A DNA stretch of 64,000 bases from Patescibacteria group bacterium. GTDB lineage: Bacteria > Patescibacteriota > WWE3 > UBA101185 > UBA10185. The stretch's first letter is position 1. Each line of letters opens with the position of its first letter. A program made the translations under genes and the position numbers. Positions 1-9,637 of this stretch are shown here, in pieces. Location of the stretch: positions 11,263-75,262 of the forward strand of contig BPJL01000005.1 in NCBI GenBank assembly GCA_026004595.1. The letters are read 5' to 3'. The notes below the pieces were generated by a model. That model did not search any database, was not told the origin of the DNA, and was given only the letters and a program-made list of their open reading frames with translations.

Positions 1-35
1 AAAGAATCCGAACATGCTAAAATGATAACATATTT

Positions 36-1098
36 ATGCTCAGAGGTAGATTTAAAAAAGCTATAAAGTACATTTTGATCGGGACCCCCCATTTTATTGG
101 GTTTGTGGTTCTTTTTTCTTAGACCAAAACAGTTTACAAGCGTCGTTAGAAAGGTGCAGGTTGAAAAAAGAGTGATTACAAAAACCGTCTCTGCAAGCGG
201 TGAAGTCAAGTCTAAAAATCAAGCCGATCTTACATTTACTTCAGCGGGTAAGATTTCTGACATATTAGTCAAAAGTGGAGATGTTGTAAAAAAAGGACAA
301 CTCCTTGCGTATTTAGACAGCTCATCTCAAAGCCAGACAACACAATACTATAAAGATGCGAGAGACATAGCATTAAGGAATAAAGAACTTTTCATAAAAG
401 AACGTGAAACAAATATAAGATCTCTCGGAGGTGAGGACGAATATAATATTAAAATTAGGCAGATGGATGAGTTAATTAGCCAAGCCGAAGCTGCCTACCA
501 AGCTCAGGTTGCCCTTCTTAACAACTTTTACATATATGCGCCTTTTGACGGTACTGTGGTCGATGTTTATAAAAAGGTTGGGGAGACAGCAGTTCTTGGT
601 GAGAGAATAATGACAGTGGCAGACATGAATAATTTTGTTTTTGGCCTATCTATTGATCAAGAAGATTTTGGATTGGTAAGATTGGGTCAAACAGCCAAGA
701 TAAATCTGGATTCTTATGAAAACTTTGACTTCAAAACGACGGTCACCGAACTACCTGTAGCCGCAAACGCCACAAGTGGTTCATTTTACATTGAAATACC
801 TATTAAAGATGCTCCCGAACACCCGCTGGCTATAGGGATGTCTGGGGATGCTTATATAGATATACTTACATCAGATAGGGAGGTAAGCAGTCTGACTATT
901 GACGAGATATTTTATGATCTTGAAGACAACCCATATGTTTGGATAGCAGAAAATCGAAAACTCAAGAAACGTTTTATCGAGATTGGTCTGGAAGGAGATA
1001 TTTATACCGAAGTAAAAACGGATGTTACAGAAGTATTGGTACCAGCGCAGGAAAACCAGAAAATGGTTGAGGGTTATAACATTCGTATTATTAATTAA
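36..1098 (+). CDS. Efflux/ABC transporter membrane-fusion adaptor subunit (MacA-like); 1-nt frameshift at C6 (85-90)
   Basis: Lipoyl-like motifs GKISDILVKSGDVVKKGQLLA and IYAPFDGTV. ATG at 36 gives MLRGRFKKAIKYILIGTP and joins ORF 97..1098 if one C is removed. Confidence 0.85.
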
Positions 1099-1104
1099 TA
1101 TAAA

Positions 1105-1776
1105 ATGATTCCCGTACTAAAAGCTCAAAATGTTTGGAAAATTTATGATATGGGTGCGGACAGAATAGAGGCCCTGAGGGATGTTAATATTGAAATTTTT
1201 AAAGGCGAGTTTGTAGCCATAGTGGGCAAGTCTGGTTCGGGAAAGTCCACATTAATGCACATACTTGGGCTTTTAGACACACCAACACAAGGGAAAGTAA
1301 TTCTTAATGGGGTAGACACAAAAGGAATGACTGAAAAACAGCTGGCACAAGTCAGAAATAACGAAATTGGATTTGTCTTTCAATCATTTAATTTGCTTCA
1401 GAGAACTACGGTTTTAGATAACGTAATACTTCCGCTAAAATATAGCAGGGTTCCAAGCTCGGAATGGGAAAGAAAGGCCAGGGAGGTAATAGAGCTTGTG
1501 GGGTTAACCGATAGGATAAGAAACAAATCGAACGAACTTTCGGGGGGCCAAAAACAGAGAGTGGCCATTGCTAGAGCCATGGTCAACGACCCAAGCATAA
1601 TACTTGCTGACGAACCTACTGGAAATTTAGATTCCAAAACAGGTGATGAAATAATAAAAAATTTTCTAAAGCTGAATGATAGGGGCAAGACCATTGTTTT
1701 AGTCACACATGATGATGAACTTGCAGAAATTGCGCAAAGAAAAATTGTATTGAGAGATGGCACCGTTGTTAAATGA
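1105..1776 (+). CDS. ABC transporter ATP-binding protein (MacB/LolD-like)
   Basis: Walker A GKSGSGKST, signature LSGGQKQRVAIARA, Walker B IILADEPTGNLD. Confidence 0.95.
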   Translation: MIPVLKAQNVWKIYDMGADRIEALRDVNIEIFKGEFVAIVGKSGSGKSTLMHILGLLDTPTQGKVILNGVDTKGMTEKQLAQVRNNEIGFVFQSFNLLQRTTVLDNVILPLKYSRVPSSEWERKAREVIELVGLTDRIRNKSNELSGGQKQRVAIARAMVNDPSIILADEPTGNLDSKTGDEIIKNFLKLNDRGKTIVLVTHDDELAEIAQRKIVLRDGTVVK

Positions 1777-2957
1777 TATATATTCCTGAAACAATCAAAA
1801 GTGCATTTAGATCTCTTTTATTAAATAAAGTTAGGACCGCGTTAACAATGTTGGGGGTTATAATCGGAGTTTTTTCAGTTGTATCTCTTGTATCTGTTGT
1901 TCAAGGGTTTCAAAACTACATAACTGATCAGTTTAACGCACTGGGATCAAACTTAATCCTGGTAACCCCGAGCTTTGGAGGAGCTAACCAAGATCCATCT
2001 CGAGCATTTATGGGCAACAAGCTTAGCACGAAAAATGTTGATACCATTCAACTTTTTGTCGGTGACAAAATAGAAGCTATAACACCTTCTATTAGGGTAG
2101 TTAAGCAAGTTAAGTATAAAACTAAAACTTACACCGCAACTCTTGTAGGAGGTAACTATGCTTCGTACAAAGTGTACGATCTTGAAACCGCTTATGGTGA
2201 CTATTACAAAAAAGCCGATGACACCAAAAGCGCAAAGGTTGTATTTATCAGCTGGGGGGTAAAAAAAGACTTATTTGGCGATAAAAATCCCGTCGGTGAA
2301 AAAGTAAAAATTGAAAATATTACTTTTGATGTTGTAGGTGTTGCAAAACCAAAAGGTGGGACATTTGATGAGAGGGTGTTTATTCCAGCAACGACAGCAA
2401 TAGAGTTGTTGGATCTTGAAACCGTATCAAGTATAGCTGTAAAAGTAAAAGAGGAATACGACCTGGACGAAGTTATGCACGAGATAAAGGTAGCCCTTTT
2501 AAGAGATATGAAGGCTGATGATTTTTCGGTTACAACTCAAAAGGATATTTTGGCGTCGATCGATCAAATTTTATCAGTACTTTCTGTTGCTTTAGCCGCG
2601 GTAGCGGGGATTTCACTTTTGGTTGGTGGTATAGGCATAATGAACATCATGCTTGTTTCGGTAACTGAACGTACACAGGAAATCGGGCTGAGGAAAGCTT
2701 TGGGAGCTACTTCCAAAAACATTGGAATGCAATTTCTTACAGAATCTATAATCATAAGTTTAACAGGAGGCATTCTTGGCTTGTTGTTTGGTTATTTGGG
2801 CACAATAGCTATAAGCAGTTTCCTTAGAGCTACAATTCCCTGGTGGGCAGTTATTATTGCTTTGGGATTTTCGGTAATTGTCGGTGTTGTATTCGGAACC
2901 TACCCTGCTCTGAGCGCAAGCAAAAAGGATCCTATTGAGGCGTTGAGGTTTGAATAG
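1773..2957 (+). CDS. ABC transporter permease (MacB/FtsX family)
   Basis: RTALTMLGVIIGV, VGGIGIMNIMLVSVTERTQEIGLRKALGA and DPIEALRFE motifs. Confidence 0.95.
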   Translation: MIYIPETIKSAFRSLLLNKVRTALTMLGVIIGVFSVVSLVSVVQGFQNYITDQFNALGSNLILVTPSFGGANQDPSRAFMGNKLSTKNVDTIQLFVGDKIEAITPSIRVVKQVKYKTKTYTATLVGGNYASYKVYDLETAYGDYYKKADDTKSAKVVFISWGVKKDLFGDKNPVGEKVKIENITFDVVGVAKPKGGTFDERVFIPATTAIELLDLETVSSIAVKVKEEYDLDEVMHEIKVALLRDMKADDFSVTTQKDILASIDQILSVLSVALAAVAGISLLVGGIGIMNIMLVSVTERTQEIGLRKALGATSKNIGMQFLTESIIISLTGGILGLLFGYLGTIAISSFLRATIPWWAVIIALGFSVIVGVVFGTYPALSASKKDPIEALRFE

Positions 2958-3390
2958 AATTTTCATAAATCAGAGTATAGTTCTTTCCATCTTTGAGTTT
3001 TGTACTGTCAATTTGTAAAGTTACATCTTCAGTTCCATCATAAATTTTCCACTTCATATCAGGTGTGTTTTTTATGTTATTTACATGCTCAAGTTCTGAT
3101 CCGTATGAATACGATATTTTATCAAATGTAAAATCCGTATTTTCTTCCTTTACTACCAACAAAAGATCCGAAATAGAGTCGTTGCTGTTCAACTTTTGAG
3201 AATATGTTTTATTTATACTCGGGCCTTTTACTGTTAGCGAGACCTTAACAGGCTTATATTCTATATTTTTAGTATTAGAAGTATCCTCTACAGAAACGGG
3301 AACTCCCTCTAATACAGATCTGACATAGAAAAAAGACAAAATTAAAAAGATGACATAACCGGTGACCAATACTTTTCTTAATTTGTGCAT
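2932..3390 (-). CDS. Membrane-anchored hypothetical protein (DUF4430-like C-terminus)
   Basis: N-terminal TM; YGSELEHVNNI...WKIY...LKDGKNYTLIY resembles DUF4430. Confidence 0.5.
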   Translation of the reverse strand: MHKLRKVLVTGYVIFLILSFFYVRSVLEGVPVSVEDTSNTKNIEYKPVKVSLTVKGPSINKTYSQKLNSNDSISDLLLVVKEENTDFTFDKISYSYGSELEHVNNIKNTPDMKWKIYDGTEDVTLQIDSTKLKDGKNYTLIYENSIQTSTPQ

Positions 3391-3443
3391 AAAGATATTC
3401 TAACAAATTGCGGTGGTATAATTTTAGCTGGAAGTTTGGTTAT

Positions 3444-3520
3444 GCCTCCATAGCTCAGCGGATCAGAGCACTCGTCTTCGGAACGAGGGGTCGGGGGTTC
3501 GAATCCCTCTGGGGGCGCCA
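3444..3520 (+). tRNA. tRNA-Arg(UCG)
   Basis: Cloverleaf; anticodon arm CTCGT-CTTCGGA-ACGAG, T-loop GGTTCGAATCC, encoded CCA. Confidence 0.95.
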
Positions 3521-3682
3521 GAGCTTACTTTGCCGAAGTTGGTTGCTCAACTCGCCGTACCAACGCGCCAATTAACCCAGTCCGAAAAAGTTTACGCGAA
3601 GTGTATAATTAAAGCGCGATTTGATCATTGCTCTTTATCCGAGCGTTAGATAGCATTTCATAATACAAGGGAAGGAGAGAAA

Positions 3683-3886
3683 ATGAGTAGCTTTTTGTTC
3701 ATAGAGCAAGAAATATTGTCTGTTTTGAAGAGTGGTTCTAAAACGTCGTTAGAAGAACTGGTTTTAAGGGTTGTTGACAATCTAGAAATTTATGGCATGG
3801 AAGAGCGTGTTGAGAACATGATTATAAACATGATCGTCTTAGGCAAAATTGAAAAAGATGCTGATGGGAGTATATATTTTAGGTAA
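3683..3886 (+). CDS. Small hypothetical protein (possible winged-helix)
   Basis: SD-like AAGGAG upstream and a hairpin right after the stop. Confidence 0.55.
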   Translation: MSSFLFIEQEILSVLKSGSKTSLEELVLRVVDNLEIYGMEERVENMIINMIVLGKIEKDADGSIYFR

Positions 3887-3893
3887 AACTAGG

Positions 3894-3925
3894 GGGCGTT
3901 CGTATTGTTTATCAAACGAATGCCC
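3894..3925 (+). terminator. Putative intrinsic terminator hairpin
   Basis: GGGCGTTCGT...ACGAATGCCC inverted repeat after 3683..3886. Confidence 0.5.
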
Positions 3926-3967
3926 TAATTTCTTGCTTTGTCTCCACCTTAAAATATAATTTTACAT

Positions 3968-4468
3968 ATGAGATTAAAATTGTCAGACTCAACTTTTGCA
4001 GGATTGGGGTTTGGAACTACCTCGGGAGTCATAACTACATTGGGAGCTATAATTGGTATATACGCATCGACACATGACAGAGCAGCTATCTTGACTGCAG
4101 TTATTACGGTAAGTGTTGCCGATGCCTTTTCAGATGCTCTCGGTGAGCATATTTCTGAAGAGTCCAAAATATACACTTCTTCAGAAAACGTAAAAAACAT
4201 TACTTTCTCCACATTCTTTTCTAAATTATTGGTAGGCTTGTCGTTTTTTATACCCTTTATGTTTTTAAATACTTTTGCAGCTGTGATTGTTAGCGTTTTA
4301 TATGGAAGTCTTGTTCTATTCTTGATAAGCTTTAGAATCGCCAAACTATCTAAGCAAAGCAGTATTAGTGTGGTAAGCTCGCACCTGATTGTGGCTTTTT
4401 GTGTGATAGTTGTAACATATTTCTTAGGAAACCTTATAGAAAAGGCGTTTGGAACCGCTTCAATGTAG
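3968..4468 (+). CDS. VIT1/CCC1-family membrane protein (Fe/Mn export-like)
   Basis: FGTTSGVITTLG and VADAFSDALGEHISEES motifs; about 5 TM segments. Confidence 0.75.
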   Translation: MRLKLSDSTFAGLGFGTTSGVITTLGAIIGIYASTHDRAAILTAVITVSVADAFSDALGEHISEESKIYTSSENVKNITFSTFFSKLLVGLSFFIPFMFLNTFAAVIVSVLYGSLVLFLISFRIAKLSKQSSISVVSSHLIVAFCVIVVTYFLGNLIEKAFGTASM

Positions 4469-4485
4469 TATAATGGCCAATGTTT

Positions 4486-4560
4486 GGGGACGTAGCTCAG
4501 CGGTAGAGCAACCGGCTCTTAACCGGTTTGTCGAGGGTTCGAATCCCTCCGTCCTCACCA
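4486..4560 (+). tRNA. tRNA-Lys(CUU)
   Basis: Anticodon arm ACCGG-CTCTTAA-CCGGT, T-loop GGTTCGAATCC, CCA end. Confidence 0.95.
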
Positions 4561-4578
4561 AATTGCATTAATTAAAAA

Positions 4579-4612
4579 GGCTCACAAATTTTCAAAAAGC
4601 AATTTGTGAGCC
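4579..4612. terminator. Hairpin between tRNA-Lys and a convergent CDS
   Basis: GGCTCACAAATT / AATTTGTGAGCC 12-bp inverted repeat. Confidence 0.6.
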
Positions 4613-4620
4613 ATGCGGAG

Positions 4621-5067
4621 CTAGCATTTCCTGTTCATTAATGTACCTAAATAACGGTGTTCTTTTGCTAACTTTTCCATTCTCCTTGCTATAGCATCGT
4701 ACATAACTGCGTTTATATAGTTAACAACGATTTCCTTCTCGTCATTGTCCTGACAAGACGATATGTGTAGCTCCTTGAAGCTTATTTTTCCTCCAACAAA
4801 TTCCCCATTTGTAATTAATCCGCTAATAACCGCTTCGATGTTTTGTTTACCATTTACTACTTCGAATAATATTTTGAATTTGCATGTCCTTATCTTGTTG
4901 TTACTTAATGCGGATGTTAATGTAATTCCAACCTCCGGCCAATCTCCTTCAATAATTTCTGAACTGCCCGGAGTACCACAGCTAGTAATCACTTGAGATA
5001 ACTCTTTAATTACTTTGATAATAGATCTGTTTTTGGTATTAACATTTACACTACCGCCCATTTCCAA
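4621..5067 (-). CDS. Hypothetical protein
   Basis: 148-aa ORF with AAAGGAG SD; no recognisable motif. Confidence 0.55.
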   Translation of the reverse strand: MEMGGSVNVNTKNRSIIKVIKELSQVITSCGTPGSSEIIEGDWPEVGITLTSALSNNKIRTCKFKILFEVVNGKQNIEAVISGLITNGEFVGGKISFKELHISSCQDNDEKEIVVNYINAVMYDAIARRMEKLAKEHRYLGTLMNRKC

Positions 5068-5154
5068 TCTCCTTTCATTTGTTTATTGTAGCGTGTATTT
5101 TATAGGTAATTCACTTATTTGACAAATTTTTATTAGTTGTTATAGCAATAAAAT

Positions 5155-5523
5155 CTAGGCGTATTCGTGAACATTCTTAGCCTCAAGCTTCTCTAAAAGT
5201 AAACGATCCACTTCGTAAAGTCTTTGCACCCCGTTTTCCACCTTATAGTAATGTATAATGTAAGGAACCAGCAATACTATTAATATAATAGCAAGAATGT
5301 AGAATAACGTATTTTCTGTAACTATTGCGGCAATTGTCATTATTAAAGTAAAAAGTGCCCAAAACATTGTTATTATTAAATGAACTAGCCTTTCAGCCTG
5401 GAAGTGTTGCATCATCTTGCGGTGAAACCTGGATAAATACTGAAGATCACTATTGCTTTCTATCTTACCTAAAATTTCTTTAATAAACTTTTCATGGTTT
5501 TCAATTTTTTTGTCCATATACAT
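5155..5523 (-). CDS. Two-TM hypothetical membrane protein
   Basis: Two hydrophobic helices flanked by FQAERLVHLIIT and HYYKVENGVQRLY. Confidence 0.7.
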   Translation of the reverse strand: MYMDKKIENHEKFIKEILGKIESNSDLQYLSRFHRKMMQHFQAERLVHLIITMFWALFTLIMTIAAIVTENTLFYILAIILIVLLVPYIIHYYKVENGVQRLYEVDRLLLEKLEAKNVHEYA

Positions 5524-5660
5524 AGAATAGCCACTTTTGTAGAAAATTCCATAATTTATATCAAGTGTAGCGGTAGTTTTACTATTGTCAAAATTTATAA
5601 GTTATAATAGTATCTATTCTATTTCTGAAATTTAAGAAATCAAAAAAGGAGAGGTGTGTA

Positions 5661-5810
5661 TTGTCAGATAAAAATAGAGTATTACCAAAAGGTGGCGGGA
5701 TAACCTCAAAAAAACAAGACAACAAAGATAATAATGGAAGTAAGCCAAGAAACAACTCTGAAGAAGAATACAGAAGAAGGAGATATAGCCGAAAGGAGCA
5801 TCCACGCTAG
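5661..5810 (+). CDS. Small 49-aa hydrophilic basic protein (not in ORF track)
   Basis: TTG start after AAAAGGAGAGG; MSDKNRVLPKGGGITSKKQD...YRRRRYSRKEHPR; terminator follows. Confidence 0.55.
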   Translation: MSDKNRVLPKGGGITSKKQDNKDNNGSKPRNNSEEEYRRRRYSRKEHPR

Positions 5811-5832
5811 GATAAATGTTCCGTCCCCGGCC

Positions 5833-5872
5833 AAAGCCCAACACAGTTTTTGCTGTTTTGGGCTTTATTTTT
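5833..5872 (+). terminator. Intrinsic terminator
   Basis: AAAGCCCAA-CACAG / CTG-TTTTGGGCTTT stem followed by a T-rich tail. Confidence 0.6.
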
Positions 5873-5923
5873 GCAACCTTGTTACTTTACAGATTTAAAA
5901 TACGGTATAATCAGGGCAAGTAA

Positions 5924-6008
5924 GCCAGAGTGGCGAAATTGGCAGACGCGCAGTCTTCAGGAGGCTGTATCGAAAGGTGTGTGGGTTCGAATCCCACCTC
6001 TGGCACCA
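5924..6008 (+). tRNA. tRNA-Leu(CAG)
   Basis: Anticodon arm CAGTC-TTCAGGA-GGCTG, long variable arm, CCA. Confidence 0.95.
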
Positions 6009-6029
6009 GTATTTGGTTAATAAGAAAAG

Positions 6030-6500
6030 ATGAAAAATATTAAACTAGCATTTGCACTACTTTTAGGTTTTGTGGCGATATTTATTTCTTTCTATAATTG
6101 GACTAATCTAAAAAAAATTGAAGCCAAGCTTCAAAATCTGGAACAAATTTTAGGAGATATAAAAAGTTTTAAAGAAAGAGATGTAATTCCCGAAACATCT
6201 GTGCCTGTAACTGATCAGGAAATTATAACGTTCACGGGAACTTTAAGAAAGGAAGAAGTGCCTGCAGAGCTTGAGCTGGGTGATTATTGGTACTGGATAT
6301 ATTTTGATGAACCCTATAGGTTAGAACAAAATGCTGCAGGATTCCCCATGGATGTAACCAAACTGCAAGTAAATCCACCCAAGAGCGAAGAATTTAACAT
6401 AGATGCATTTGACGGACAACATGTAGAAATAAAAGGATATATTACTTGGGGGTATGCAGAGTCGAGTGTTATTCAAGCTGAAGAGATAGTAAAAAAGTAG
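6030..6500 (+). CDS. Membrane-anchored hypothetical protein
   Basis: N-terminal TM, coiled coil and an OB-like C-terminus. Confidence 0.7.
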   Translation: MKNIKLAFALLLGFVAIFISFYNWTNLKKIEAKLQNLEQILGDIKSFKERDVIPETSVPVTDQEIITFTGTLRKEEVPAELELGDYWYWIYFDEPYRLEQNAAGFPMDVTKLQVNPPKSEEFNIDAFDGQHVEIKGYITWGYAESSVIQAEEIVKK

Positions 6501-6528
6501 GTGTCGTTTGGTATAATTTCGATTGCAT

Positions 6529-6615
6529 GGGCGAGTGGCGGAATTGGTATACGCGCAACGTTGAGGTCGTTGTCGGGTAAAACCGGTGCAGGTTCAAGTC
6601 CTGTCTCGCCCACCA
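6529..6615 (+). tRNA. tRNA-Leu(GAG)
   Basis: Anticodon arm CAACG-TTGAGGT-CGTTG, long variable arm, CCA. Confidence 0.95.
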
Positions 6616-6662
6616 TGCATATTTGCTGACAAAAATTCCCGTTTAGGATTTAATGTATATAT

Positions 6663-8324
6663 ATGAAACATGAAATTAAAACCTTGTTTTTATTGTTGGT
6701 TCTCGCTTTCATGATTTTGCCAAGGTCGTTTGCCCAAGAATTTATCAGTTCCATGGATGTTGACGCTTCAATAAATAAAGACGGTGCAGTATCTATTACT
6801 GAAACAATAAAATATGACTTTGGATCGGCTGAAAAACATGGGATTTTGAGAAATATTCCATATAAGAAAACAAACCAAGACGGAAAAAAGTACATAATGA
6901 AGATTGAGAATATAAGTGTAGTTGATGAAAATGGAGAAGCTTACAAGTTTACAAAATCAACTGACGGAACCTACATCAACATAAAAATCGGCGATCCTAA
7001 CTACACTATCAGTGGTAAACACACCTACGTTATTAAATACTCTGTCTATGGGGCTCTTACCTATTTTGATACTTTTGCTGAGTTCTATTGGAATGCGGTC
7101 GGTTCCGAATGGAAAGTTCCCATAATGTCCTCTGAGGTTAAACTACGTTTCTTAGGAGAATTTGAAGAGGGTCGGTTGGATGGAAGGTGCTTTACTGGAG
7201 CTCCCGGCGCCAACTCACAAAAATGCTCTGTTGAGGTCGGCGATAGCTACGTATCTTTTAGAACTGGTCGTGTAGATCCCAGTGAAAACTTTACTGTAGT
7301 TGCCAAGTTTCCTTTGGATTATGCTGCCCGGCTTGAACCTACTGAAGATAAGAGTCCCATAATAGGGAAAATAATAGCTGCTTTCTTCACTATAGTAGGC
7401 ATTGTGTTTTACCTGATCTTACCCCTTTATCTTTTAATTAAATTCAAGATTCAAAACAAAAAGCTTAAGGATGCCGCGAAAATTGTAAGTGCGTGGTTTT
7501 CTCCTCCGAAGACTCCGCAGGGCAGCCAGCTGACACCGGTTGAAACAGTAATAACTGCTAATGTAACTGCCGGAAGGAAGGCTATCCCGGCGACTTTGGT
7601 TTCTCTAGCCCAAAGAGGATATATGAAGATAGTGCAAAAAAATGGAAAAGAATTTGCCTTTGTTAAAACCGAAAAAGAACCGGACGATATTTTAAGAGAT
7701 TATGAAGAAAGCCTTTATAACGCAATTTTCAGCGATGGCAAAGATGAAGTTTCTACAAAGGACCTGCCTTCAAACACAAAATTTGGCAAAGTATCATTGA
7801 CTATAGCTAGGGATGCCGGAAAATACCTGAAAAAAGAAAAGGTGTTTGAGAAAAATCCTACCGATGTTTTTACAGGTTATACAGTTTTGGCAGTTTTTGC
7901 AATATTTTTTATGAATATATTTTTAGCACTAGTGGCTTTTATTTTTGGGAGAAAGAGTGCAAAAAGAACATATGAAGGCACACAGACTTATTCTGAAGCA
8001 CTGTCTCTAAAGAATTTTTTGGTGTCACAAGACCCGCAGTTTGATTTTCAGGCTCAAGAAATGATTTTTTTTGAGAAACTTTTACCTTATGCTACAGCTT
8101 TTGGTGTTGAAGATGTCTGGATTAAACGATTCAAGAATCTGTTTAACACCAATCCGGAGTGGTACGAAGGCCGGGATCTCACTAAATTGGCAGTTATGAA
8201 TAGTGTTGTGTCAGCTTCCACTCGTATAGCAACATCTTCCCGAAGCACATCGGGTTTTAGCAGTGGTTTTTCCGGTGGACACAGTGGGGGCGGAGGAGGG
8301 GGTGGCGGGGGAGGTAGCTGGTAG
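6663..8324 (+). CDS. DUF2207 membrane protein
   Basis: HGILRNIP, EFYWNAVGSEW, EKLLPYATAFG and the terminal GGGGGGGGGGSW. Confidence 0.9.
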   Translation: MKHEIKTLFLLLVLAFMILPRSFAQEFISSMDVDASINKDGAVSITETIKYDFGSAEKHGILRNIPYKKTNQDGKKYIMKIENISVVDENGEAYKFTKSTDGTYINIKIGDPNYTISGKHTYVIKYSVYGALTYFDTFAEFYWNAVGSEWKVPIMSSEVKLRFLGEFEEGRLDGRCFTGAPGANSQKCSVEVGDSYVSFRTGRVDPSENFTVVAKFPLDYAARLEPTEDKSPIIGKIIAAFFTIVGIVFYLILPLYLLIKFKIQNKKLKDAAKIVSAWFSPPKTPQGSQLTPVETVITANVTAGRKAIPATLVSLAQRGYMKIVQKNGKEFAFVKTEKEPDDILRDYEESLYNAIFSDGKDEVSTKDLPSNTKFGKVSLTIARDAGKYLKKEKVFEKNPTDVFTGYTVLAVFAIFFMNIFLALVAFIFGRKSAKRTYEGTQTYSEALSLKNFLVSQDPQFDFQAQEMIFFEKLLPYATAFGVEDVWIKRFKNLFNTNPEWYEGRDLTKLAVMNSVVSASTRIATSSRSTSGFSSGFSGGHSGGGGGGGGGGSW

Positions 8325-8400
8325 ATTTATTTTTGATAAAGTATTAGTCTTTGATTTTTGGGCACCCTACTTTTATAATAGCTGTGCATAATGGCGCTAT

Positions 8401-8476
8401 GCGACGGTAGTTCAGTTGGCAGAACGTCTCCTTGCCAAGGAGAAGGTCGCCGGTTCGAGTCCGGTCCGTCGCTCCA
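8401..8476 (+). tRNA. tRNA-Gly(GCC)
   Basis: Anticodon arm TCTCC-TTGCCAA-GGAGA; T discriminator plus CCA. Confidence 0.95.
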
Positions 8477-8485
8477 TAATTTTAA

Positions 8486-8561
8486 GGGGCGGTAGCCAAG
8501 GTGGTCACGGCACCGGTCTGAAAAACCGGCTATGTGGGTTCGATTCCCACCCTCCCCACCA
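8486..8561 (+). tRNA. tRNA-Phe(GAA) with atypical D-arm
   Basis: Anticodon arm CCGGT-CTGAAAA-ACCGG, T-arm GTGGG-TTCGATT-CCCAC, ACCA end. Confidence 0.88.
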
Positions 8562-8602
8562 AGATTGTTGCTATTATCTACAATTTAAAATACAATCAAT
8601 TA

Positions 8603-9385
8603 ATGAAAGCTTCAAATATTGAAGAATCTGTGTCATCAATTAGGTACGAAAACGAGGGTCTTCCTCAAAAAGAAGAGTTGTCAACTCCATGGCTTTTGGA
8701 GAAGCTCGATCCTAGTGCAATAGCAAGCCGAACATTAGTAAAATCGCTTTATATTAATAATGAAGCTCTTGTTCAAAATATCCAAAGACATGAAGCAAGC
8801 AGAGGTCGTCTGTACGCAGATATATATGAGGAGCTTTTAAATAAAAACGGGATGTCGTTGAAGGATTCCAAGATTTTAGAAGTTGGAGCTGGCCCAGGAG
8901 CTCTTTGTCTTGCTCTCCAAGAAAAAGGAGCAAAAGTAGTAAGTCTCGACATACGTGATGGTAGGATATTTCACAGTACTGATGTGCCTTTTTTAATTGC
9001 CGATGGTAGGGGACTTCCGTTTTTAGACGGTAGTTTTGACATAGTCTCGCTGACCTCAGTTCTTCACCATGTCCCTGAAAAATTCAGAAGACCGCTTTTG
9101 GATGAAGCACTTCGTGTCTCGGAAGTCCTTTTAATTCAAGAAGATTGTTTAACCCACTCACCAAAAGACACACTAATGAAAATAGTTGATGATGCAGTAA
9201 GCGGGGAAATTGGAACTCATCAGGCTGGTTCTCATATGACAAAAGATCAATGGGTAGATTATTTCAAAGAGAATAGATTGGAAATTTTGGGGAGCAGAGA
9301 TCATTACCCCGAATGGCTTGGAGTAGGAATCCAAAAGTCTTTTTTCGTCGTTACAAAGACCGAAGCAGAAAGTAAGAGAGGCTAG
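8603..9385 (+). CDS. Class I SAM-dependent methyltransferase
   Basis: ILEVGAGPG and LPFLDGSFDIVSLTSVLHH; start moved to 8603 because the longer ORF overlaps tRNA-Phe. Confidence 0.85.
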   Translation: MKASNIEESVSSIRYENEGLPQKEELSTPWLLEKLDPSAIASRTLVKSLYINNEALVQNIQRHEASRGRLYADIYEELLNKNGMSLKDSKILEVGAGPGALCLALQEKGAKVVSLDIRDGRIFHSTDVPFLIADGRGLPFLDGSFDIVSLTSVLHHVPEKFRRPLLDEALRVSEVLLIQEDCLTHSPKDTLMKIVDDAVSGEIGTHQAGSHMTKDQWVDYFKENRLEILGSRDHYPEWLGVGIQKSFFVVTKTEAESKRG

Positions 9386-9637
9386 ATATTTTCTCTTACC
9401 TTTCTTAACTGATATTTTGTTCTTAACAAAAAAACGTTTTCAAACCGTTGTACAAACATTCCACTATTTTTCTCTTTTTACGCTATCGAAGCAAATATCT
9501 TACACTCTTTAGATTTTGCATATAAAGCTATTGTGCCGTTAATTCCGAAATTTAAAGATTCGCTAAATTGGGTCGACAATAAAAATTTCTTGAAATTTTA
9601 CTTTCGCAAAGGATACAAAAAGGTTTAAAATAACAAT

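Noticed and set aside
3521-3660. GC-richer segment after tRNA-Arg as a possible ncRNA or integrase scar
   Set aside because: I could not identify a convincing fold or protein motif.
8270-8324. G-rich low-complexity repeat
   Set aside because: It encodes the normal poly-Gly tail of DUF2207.
8416-8622. 68-aa ORF and the N-terminal extension of 8534..9385
   Set aside because: They are translations of tRNA-Gly and tRNA-Phe.
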